A DNA stretch of 64,000 bases, from positions 101,246,001 to 101,310,000 of the forward strand of contig OX597820.1 of assembly GCA_951406725.2 (NCBI GenBank). Reading direction: 5' to 3'. This DNA is from Octopus vulgaris. Its lineage: Eukaryota. The notes under the pieces are model-generated. The model was not told the DNA's origin. It ran no database searches and saw nothing but the letters and a program-made list of their open reading frames with translations. The translations under genes were made by a program, and so were the position numbers. Of this stretch, positions 54,361 to 64,000 are shown piece after piece (position 1 is the first letter of the stretch; the number at the start of each line of letters is the position of its first letter).

Positions 54361-54671
54361 CTATCCCAAATTAAATACACAGCTGAAAGAGCTATTTATA
54401 GTTTCATGCTATTTTGATATTTGAACAAGCATATTTGTAAAATATGCCATGTATCGTAAAGCAGTCTTTCAGGCTACACACACACACACACACACATACA
54501 GAGTTTACTAATCTGTTATTAAGATCACCAAAAACACTGCATTCAGTGACAGATTAAACTAAAAGTAGCAAAATTCTAAATACTGTGTATATTAATTAAA
54601 ATGATATCCATCCATCCATACATACATACCATCCATACATACATACATACATACATACATACATACATGTG

Positions 54672-54845
54672 TATTTAGAATAATAAGGTAGTCAGAATGT
54701 TGGATGATTATATATATTATTTTTATCTATTTACATTTTTATCGTCTTCCGATAATGGAAGAAAGTGCTAAAAATGTAAATAAAATGTAAAAAATTAAAA
54801 AATTTATATAATCATCCAACATTCTGACTACCTTCTTCTAAATAT
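54672..54845. repeat. Imperfect AT-rich palindrome between microsatellites
   Basis: aaggtagtcagaatgttggatgattatata is mirrored by tatataatcatccaacattctgactacctt. Confidence 0.85.
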
Positions 54846-55227
54846 ACATTATCTGTACATCACTTCAAAAACTCTCTCTCCCCCCATATATATATATATA
54901 TATATACATATACATACTTATTCTCAGAATTTCAATAGGTCTATAGTATTCACCAGTGTAACTTGCCTAGTCCCTTGCAAATGCTGGGTGTTATTATCTC
55001 TGTTACTTTTGTAAACCATATGATTTGCATGATGCTGTTGTTAGTATCCAGAAACCTAGAGAAAGCTTTAAACATCTCTAGTAAATATGTTCAAACCTGA
55101 TTTAATGACATCTGCCTTTGTTATACTCATGTAAAAGGTTAGAATTAATCACATAATAGATCTATCATAATACGTACAATTGTTTGAGATATGTCTGTTT
55201 TTAGAATCTGAATAACAGTCAGACTTC

Positions 55228-55289
<62 letters not shown>

Positions 55290-55754
55290 GTATGCAGAAA
55301 CTAAAGCAAATGATTTAAATCAACCATATTGCATTGTTATTCCTGATGACTCTGTAGAAGCACTTGCTTGATGGAGGTTGCAATAATTATCTTTAATATC
55401 CTCAAAGAAAATTTGCTTTCAGGAAATTCTCCTTAATAATCTAAGGAAAGTATTAATGCCAGAATCATGTTTTGTAATTAAGATGATTTTTTTTGTCTTA
55501 ATAGCTTTGATAGATATTGTTGTTTTATTATTAATATGATGTAGTAATGGCATCATTACTGAATCTAGACATCTCTGAGTATTCAGATATAGTCTTATCA
55601 TTTATTATCTGTTAGATTTCTTTGTTAGTTTCAAAAACTGTTGTGAAAAAGTTTCATATTTTATGAGTAATTTGTATTCTTCTTTGAATAAAAATGTCAA
55701 ATCTCAGCACATATCCTGACTTAGAAAGCATTAGTAGATATTACTGTATTTTCC

Positions 55755-56882
55755 AGTGGCTTTATGGTAAGATGCTTACTTCCCAACCATATGATTCTGG
55801 GTTCAGTCCCACAGCATAGCACCTTGTCCAATGTCTTCTACTATAGCCTCAGGCTGATCAAAACCTTGAGAGTGGATTTGGTAGAGAGAAACTGAAAGAA
55901 GCCCATCATATAAATGTATATGTATGTATTTATGTGTGTGTATGTGTGTGTGTCTGTGTTTGTCCCTCTGCCATCACTTGATAACTGATGCTGGTGTGTT
56001 TATGTCCATGTAACTTAGTGGTTTGTCATAAGAGCCCAATAGAATAATTACTAGACTTACAAAGAATAAGTTTTGGGGTTGAGTTCTTTGACTAAAACCC
56101 TTTAAGGCGGTGCTCCAGTATAACCACAGTCAAATGACTGAAGCAAATAAAAGAATACAAGTCAATGTATTATGTGGTGTAAACATGTAATGTAAGCATT
56201 GAAACTATGGACTATTTTGGTCCTCCAAAGTTGTCTTGCTGTATAAATTGACGGACCTTTCTTTGGCTGGCAGTTTGGTTGGAAAAATTTGACTCACATG
56301 CTGGAAGTAGATGATTTGAAATGTAGTCCCTGGGTGTAGGCATGACTGTGTGCTTAAGAAGTTCCAAAATATGTGCTTTCAGGTTTAATTTCGTTGTGTG
56401 ACCCCTTGGGCAGTTGCCATTTGGCACAGCTGATACTAGGCTGATCAAAACCTTGTGAGTAGATTTGGGAGATGGAAACTGAAAGTAGCTTGTTACATTT
56501 ATCTGTTTCAATCACTAGACTGTGGCCATACTGGGGTACTGCCTTGAAGAACTTTTAGTTGAATGAATTGACTTCAGCCCTTATTTTTCTTTTAAGCCTG
56601 GTACTTATTCTATCGGTCCTTTTTGTTAAACTCTAAGTTACAGGGATATAAACAAACCAACACCAGTTGTCAAGTGGTGGTGGTGGGGACAAACACAGAC
56701 AGAAATACATACACACACATAATGGACTTCTTTCAGTTCCCATCAACCAAATCAACTCACAAAGCTTTTGTTGGCTTGAGGCTATAGCATAAGACACTTG
56801 CTCAAGGTGCCCTGCAGTGGGATTGAATCTAGAACCATGTGATCGGGAAGTAAGCTTCTTACCACACAGCCATGCCTGTGCC

Positions 56883-56924
<42 letters not shown>

Positions 56925-57022
56925 CATAGGCATGGCTATGTGGCAAGTAGCTTGCTTACTAACCACATGGTTCTGGGTTCGGTCTCACTGTGTGGTGCCT
57001 TGAGCAAGTGTCTTCTACAGTA
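55755..57022. mobile_element. Cluster of four SINE family A copies (+55755-56155, +56335-56490, -56500-56885, +56921-57022)
   Basis: Family similarity in alternating orientations. Confidence 0.8.
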
Positions 57023-57034
57023 GCTTGCTGAGTC

Positions 57035-57341
57035 TTCTGCAGCACAGCATATTTTCAGAGGTCCCGGTCACTAATCATTGCCTTGGTGAGGCCCAATGTT
57101 TGAAGGTCATGCTTCACCAACTCATCCCAGGTCTTCCTGGGTCTATATATATATAGTGCCCTGAGAGAAAGGTTGGACCTAAGAAGCATCAGCTGTGGTG
57201 TGCAAGAGTGACAACTGTGCTGGTATGGTCATGTGGCGAGAATAGATGTTGATAGCTGTGTGAAAGAGTGCCACACCCTAGCAGTTGAGGGAACCTGTGG
57301 AAGAGGTAGACCCAGGAAGACCTGGGATGAGTTGGTGAAGC
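57035..57341. mobile_element. Two RTE ORF fragments in opposite orientation joined at (TA)n
   Basis: 57035-57145 is minus strand and 57158-57341 is plus strand; both contain the GRPRKTWDELVKH coding segment. Confidence 0.75.
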
Positions 57342-57381
<40 letters not shown>

Positions 57382-57769
57382 CATACATACATATATATAT
57401 ATGTATATATTTATATATTATGTGTGTGTTTGTTTTTCTTTGTTTTGACATCATGTGATGATTGTAATGTGTATGACCTTCGTACAAGTTGTTGTTCTTT
57501 TTCCAATCTTCTTTGAAAACATGTCTGTCCATGGGGGAATGTTACCTTGCCTGTAAACAGGTGAGGGTTAGTGACAGGAAGGGCATTCAGCTGTAGAAAA
57601 TCTGTCCCAGTAGATTCTGCCTGATGATGATGATGATGACAATGAAGTTCCTGTGCTGTTAGATGCCAGAAAATTGGTTAGTTAATTGCTATATTAGTTA
57701 GATAGATATATAGACAGACAGACAGACAGACAACTAAATAGATAGTTAGATTAGATAGATAGAATAGAT

Positions 57770-57849
<80 letters not shown>

Positions 57850-58314
57850 GTTGTTTGTTATTTATGGATTCTTAATTTTGCTTTTTTGTGCTGTACACCA
57901 TTATTTTCAGTTAAATTCCAATAGTCCTTTTAGTTATGTTTACATTATTTTTCAAGGATAATATGTATTACTTTGCACATGTGTAATAGGTCTGTCCTTA
58001 TATGGTAGTGGGTATCTTATTTGTGTGTGTGTGTGTGTGTGAATCAATGTCAAAATTATTTACTCACTAAAGCTAGATATTAAAATAAGGACAGGTTTGT
58101 TTCCATTGTTATTTAATTTATCAGGAAAGCATTAGTTTATGATATTGCCCCATGAGATGTTAAATCCTTTTACGCGTGCCTCTTAATTTAATTTGAGCTT
58201 TAGTAAGCCTTGGGTTGCATTCAGTAAGGAATGAATTTTAAAAGCTTAAAAACACAAGGAAGAGAGAAAGAGAGAGATAGATAGATAGATAGAGAGAGAG
58301 AGACAGAGAGAGAC

Positions 58315-58375
<61 letters not shown>

Positions 58376-59559
58376 ACTTTTTGTGATCACTACAGATATT
58401 AATTTATAGAAAGGCTTAAATTAAATTCAAGAAAATGATTGCATTGTCAATTTCTATTCAGTTCAATGGCAAATATTTATTTTATGATTGTAAATACAAA
58501 GAATTTGTATGTGAGTTAAGAGTTTTAGTTTGTTGATTGCAAAGATTAGAGTGGGTTCCTGTGTGAGGGACATGATGATTGGCTGAAAATATATGCCACT
58601 TTTTCTTTAAATGAGACTGGCTTGTGATAGAAAGGGCCATAAAAGCACTAAGTTCATCATTTCCTGTGCAAACTCTACCTCAGACAAGTTAAACATTACT
58701 GATATGTCTGTTTTCTTGCTATTCTTTTTGTTTGTTTTTGTTTGTTGGTTATGATATGAAGAAAGGACCTCGAAGATTAGTGAGGAAGTGGGGGAAGAAA
58801 CTACTACAAAGGGGGCTGTTGTAAGAAGCAGCATAACCATATATGGAACTATCCTTAGACTGCTGATTTAATCAAAATACTTGCAACTGAGGGGACTCTG
58901 TTTAAGGTAACCAGTAGCCCAGTGGTTGTTTTAACCCTTTACCTGTTTAAAGTGTTTTCAAAAGTTTGTCCTTAATGTCCATACCTGTTTACAAACTTTG
59001 AGTTAGTTCTTGTTTTATACATTCTGAGTAATATAAACTTACATTTCATGAGTCCTAGGATACTCTGGTGGTTGAAAGCAAATTGGGAATGTGTTACAAG
59101 TATGATGCATGGATTCCAGGAAATATGTACTGTGTGTCACATGTAATACACAGAACATGCAAAGGGTTAACCCAGGTACTGGATAAAGTCTGCTACTCAA
59201 GAATAAATACAGCCCATTGGATGGGCTTCTACATTGTTTTTATCTGTCCAGTTGCAGTCACAAGTTTTGGGTTAATTCAAGGCAGTGGCACAGGACACCT
59301 AGACAAAGAGTCACACTGTAGGATTGAGTTTTGGATCATATGATTGCAAAGTGAACTTAATCATACAGCTATGATTGTGACCCTATTTCAGCCTATTTGT
59401 GAACAGCTCATGTAGAAGCAAGGGTATCAAAGAAGACAGCTGACTTCTCTGACTCACAGAACCTGTGAGGGATTTTTGAAATTCTCTTCTTTCTTTCTTC
59501 AAGTAATTAAGTAAAATCTTAACCTGGCAACCCAAGTGAGAGGCTGTTCGCTAAACTAA

Positions 59560-59802
59560 TATGCTGCCGTGAGTGTCACCAGACGACACATTCTGGAGAT
59601 GATTTTATTCCATGCTTTCTAATCTATGGCGTTGGCCTTAGCATGTTTGAAGTCAAGGCACTGTGACTTCAGTCTTCCTCAGTTTGTTTTGCCCATATCT
59701 TCTTTGGTGCATTGTGCTGGATTCTCCAGTGCATTTGGTGTTGCCCCCACAGATGTTGGTGTGGTAGTCTTCTAGTGCTCGTTCTTCAGATGTAGCCAAC
59801 AT
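59560..59802 (-). mobile_element. Old RTE-like ORF2 C-terminal remnant
   Basis: Minus frame VGYI*RTSTRRLPHQHLW..APKKIW resembles the RTE GH..R...RLP...RPRKTW region. Confidence 0.45.
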
Positions 59803-60074
59803 TGCTTATAATATATCTGGAAATGGAGAGACATAGTAAACCCATCTATAGCTTCTACCAAGGTGTGTTAGTAGTTGTGGATTGGAAATGTTTTATAGTC
59901 TTGAAGTTCTACCACAGAAATGAAATTATTACTGGTAGGTGGTATAAGGATGTTGGTTATTTGAACCTCTTAGTTGGAATGTTGTCAGGTAATATGTACT
60001 TAACAAAATTCTGAAATGTTAGGGCAATGATTTATGCATTGAGTTATAAGATAAAATATACAAATATAAATCAA

Positions 60075-60439
60075 AATTGAAATCGATATCGATCAACATC
60101 AATGGAAATTGTAGCTGTGATACCAGTGCCGGTGGCACGTAAGAGAACCATCCAAACGTGGCCGTTGCCAGCGCCGCCCTGACTGGCCTCCGTGCCGGTG
60201 GCACTTAAAAAGCACCATCCGATTGTGGCCGTTTGCCAGCCTCGTCTGGCACCTGTGCCGGTGGCACGTGCAAAGCACCCATTACACTCTCAGAGTGGTT
60301 GGCGTTAGGAAGGGCGTCCAGCCATAGAAACATTGCCAAATCAGACTGGGCCTGGTGCAGCCTTCTGGTTTCCCAGACCCCAGTTGAACCGTCCAACCCA
60401 TGCTAGCATGGAAAGTGGATGCTAAACGATGATGATGAT
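60075..60439 (+). mobile_element. RTE-family 3' end
   Basis: Conserved tail, 3 tandem units, (gat)n end. Confidence 0.85.
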
Positions 60440-61077
60440 AAATGTAAGATAGAATACATGTTTAAAGAAGACCTTTTGCAAATATCGCTGTAGTTTGTGT
60501 AAAGAAGGACATCTAGCTGTTAAATACTGAAAAGGAATGAACAAATCAAGATAATAAAGGATAGATGGTACTCTTTAGTCTTGATAGAAATAATCTCTCT
60601 ACTGTCAGCAGCACAATAAACTACTCCTAGGTCTTGTTGAAAAGTGTTTTGTGATAGGAGGACATCCAGTGATGGAAGCCATGCCAAATGAACAAAATCA
60701 AAACAACAGAAATGGGTGGGTTTTTCTCTGTTGCTGTGAGTGTTTGGTGATGAAGGACCTTGGTGAGTTGTCAGAAACCTGCTCAATTTATCCTAGCATG
60801 GGAAAATGGTTATGAATGCATTTTTGATCCTTTTAGGGATCAGAAGTGCCTATAACATTGATTCCTAAATTTGATTTCTGTTGAATTAAGCCAATGTTAC
60901 ACAAATCGTTGCAGAGTTAGGATACCTTTCCTATTGCAGATTACCTAATGTAGAATAAAGTATGGCGTTGATGACACAGTGGAATACTTGGTATAAATTC
61001 ATTATCAATGAACTTATACTCAAATATTCTGTTTATCAAATGTAATTACATGAAATATCCTCTTTGGAAATTTTCAG

Positions 61078-61148
61078 GTTAATGAAACACTTGAATACTT
61101 GGGACTACAACTGGTTGTGGAGTTATGGTTCGTCGAAGAAGAACAAGA
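61078..61148 (+). CDS. FAM135A: FAM135 coding exon 4 (VNETLEYLGLQLVVELWFVEEEQ)
   Basis: Acceptor ttttcag, donor GA|gtaagt, 71 nt, phase 0 start matching exon 3. The L.VELWF segment fits the next FAM135 block. Not called in this frame by the ORF track. Confidence 0.85.
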
Positions 61149-62509
61149 GTAAGTATTCGAATGTTTGTGTGTTTATTGTTGTAAAATTGTTCGTTTTTGT
61201 ATGCCATGCATTAAATTCTGGTTATTATTCTAAAACTGCACTTTCAATATTATGAAATAACTAGACTAAACCCACTCAGCAAAAAGTTGATTTATAATAC
61301 AGTCAGAAGGAAAAACATTGAACATATGATTTGATTTTGTGTTTAATAATGGTATTTAAGTTGAGCATGACTTGAATTGTTTAGTTTTTTTTTTCGATAA
61401 AAATATCTGAAAATAATTGTGTTTTTTATGCACAAGACAAATTGTAGCTTATCTTGTTAAAAGAAAACAAACGTCTTATCAACAAGTATGTAAATGTTAA
61501 GATCATGTGACTTAGTGTTTCTCAGGATTAGAGCAGGATAAATAATTTGTTTTAAGGAAGCTATTTACTTTTGTTATTTGGGCCATTGATACTGATAGTT
61601 TTGCATTTGACCTACTCTCTTTTCTTGTTTGATGTTAACGGTTAAGTTTATATTTATTGTTTATATTAACGGTTAAGTTTATATTTATTGTGTGACTTAA
61701 CCTGATGTTACTATGGTTACCTTTCTGTTGATATTGTTACTATGTAATCCTACCCTACTCTGATATTACTGATACTAATGAGTCAGCTGGTACTGTTCCT
61801 GTTACAACCTTATTGAGTAGCTTTGAGTGGCTTTGATCAATTCTGATAAAGAGAAGAACGTGATGCTGTAGACTAAATTAGACTCCTTTGCAAACTGAAT
61901 TTGTGTCTTGGTTGCTTCTTGTGGTCAAAATCACTTCACTTACACTGATGATATAATTGGGAAATGCATCATTTCTGTATGAAAGGCATTGTGCTAGTAA
62001 GAAAGCAATTCTGAGCAAACAGACAAATTACACAGGTGTAGATGGTTAAATATTTAGCAGTGACACTCAACCTCAACACACTGTGTATATTCTACTGTTT
62101 GATCACGTACTCCAGTACACTCCAGATGTTATGAATACTGACTCTTTGATCACATATTCCAGTATAACACAATTACTTTATACAGAGTGAGAACCCTGTT
62201 ATCTTAGTAACTAAGTGGTGTATCAATTACATTTCCACTGTTGTTTCCATCAATGTAACATTGTTGGTTTCGTTTTGTTATGTGTTCTAGGTTTTATGGT
62301 CTTGATTTTGATAAACATAGCTTTCTTTTGTTGTTGGGTAGTAGTCTTGATACTTTTAATAGCGAGGTTCAAGTATTTGAAAGAGTATATTTGATTGATA
62401 GATTGTTAGATTGATCTTGTAAATTCAAAAAGAATTGTTGTACCAAGCAGGATTCAAATAAGGAGCTTTAATTCTAAGCTAAGGGTAGTAATATCCTTAT
62501 TCATTAAGC

Positions 62510-62634
62510 CAGAGGTTCCCAACACAGGGCAGTGGAACATTTGATACTGGGCTTAACAGAAAGAATAAATTCTAAAATCTTATTTGTATTTCATTGACTA
62601 TTGCAGTCTGCAGAGTGTTTTTGCAGTGTGGATG

Positions 62635-62682
<48 letters not shown>

Positions 62683-63159
62683 TCAAAATAAGCAATAAGA
62701 ATGACTCCAGTAATTTGGTACGATCGTTTCGTACTACATCATTTTATTAAATGTAAGTATTACAACAGTTTTAAAAGGTTGAGCACTCATCAGCCAATTA
62801 TAGAGGTTTTCCATTAATACAAACATTTTCATATCAATTGGCAACATTATATAGAAGGTAGATATATAGACAAAGATGTGGATTTAAATTTTAAGAACAT
62901 TTGAGGTAGTGGAGCCCATCAACTGACTGACTAAGATTCAGTTGTTCCAGACTACTGTAAGGTTCTGAGAGGGAAGAACAAATGAAAGGAGACAATAAAG
63001 ATAAATTTTTGCTGAACTTATATATATATAATATAAATTCATTGTATATGTAATGATTAAATTATATATTATGCACTTCTTTGTGTTTTGTTATGTGTGT
63101 GATCCTCCAGTCCATGGAAAATTTGTCTTGCTTGAAACCGGTCTGTTTGGAGACTGCTG
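62510..63159. mobile_element. hAT (Charlie-like) MITE carrying a (TA)n-embedded hammerhead insert
   Basis: Imperfect TIRs cagaggttcccaac / tttggagactgctg; perfect 8-bp TSD cattaagc (62502-09, 63160-67). Confidence 0.8.
62715..62797 (-). ncRNA. Minimal type-I hammerhead ribozyme with enlarged stem II loop
   Basis: Minus strand reads ttgg-CTGATGA-gtgct-(~45 nt)-agtac-GAAA-CGATCG-TA-ccaa: intact core, stems I and II pair, palindromic stem III, GUA triplet. Confidence 0.8.
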
Positions 63160-64000
63160 CATTAAGCTACTGGCATAAGACCAAGTAATGTTTCAATTTT
63201 AGGTTAATTTTAGGTTATTTCAATTTACTTTTTAATAATAGCCTGCATCTTGAACTGATTTTGTAATCAGCAAGTATTTTATGTATGGCTGAGAAGCAAC
63301 ATATACATACAGTAAAGCAACAGTGCATATAGCACTTACTGATAACTCAGAGTTAGTCAGTAAGCTTACTGCTCCATGTAGCTGTCATTACTGAAAAGTA
63401 AATACAAATGACCTAGAATTAGATCAGTGACTTTGTAGATAAGGACATTACTACATTTATTTAGTTTAGGACTTAGTATTTCTGGATTGAATCCAGGAAT
63501 ATGACATCTGATGATGATTATAATTTGTGTTGACTGTAATGGTGTGAAGGAATAAATATTGTAAATATACTCTTTGAAGTTGAGGCTAATTTCTGTATTT
63601 GTAAATTAAATGTGTTTCATTTTTCATGAAATAGTAATAGAGCAAGCAGATGGCAGACCAATTTATCAAGGACATTACAGTTGTTATTTCTAGTAGGTCC
63701 CGTAGACGTAGAGCTTTCATGGCCCATGACCAATAAAATGGTAACAGTTGTCAAAGCCTGTTTCCATAAGTTTTTTTTTTTTTATAATATGATTTGTTTA
63801 TTTAATATAATTAAATATTAAAAATAATTTCACTTGAAGAGGAAGCAGTATATATATCAGGGAAGAACAAGATAGCTATGTCAATATTGCAGCATGGAAG
63901 GTGTTTATAAGCCATTTAAGAAACACACAAAAACCGTTAGATTCACTTCAACATTTAAATTTAATTTGTCAAAATATTTTTGTTGCTTTGAAACCGCGAC

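Noticed and set aside
61634-61691. Short ~31-bp tandem duplication
   Set aside because: Ordinary slippage duplication with no further structure.
61940-61975. CTGATGA..GAAA TGCA TC hammerhead-like string
   Set aside because: Stems I and II do not pair.

Overview
AT-rich, repeat-dense eukaryotic DNA. The SINE/LINE repertoire and the (TA)n/(CAT)n microsatellites point to an octopus (coleoid cephalopod) genome; this is inference. The only host gene found is a + strand FAM135 (FAM135A/B-like) gene. Four consecutive coding exons lie in the window (23248-23324, 38169-38248, 42082-42221, 61078-61148; 77/80/140/71 nt) and splice in frame through GT-AG introns; the gene continues past the right edge. 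The rest is intronic or upstream sequence filled with tRNA-derived SINEs, RTE and CR1-group LINE fragments, Tc1/mariner, piggyBac-, hAT- and pogo-like MITEs, a Helitron, Penelope-like remnants and fold-back palindromes. The most striking unannotated signal is a set of minimal type-I hammerhead ribozyme motifs in non-coding inserts within (TA)n tracts. One lies in a young 559-bp unit present as about 1.3 tandem copies with apparently identical 174-bp direct repeats (retrozyme or Penelope pseudo-LTR-like). Repeat boundaries are read by eye and approximate unless a TSD or TIR is given.
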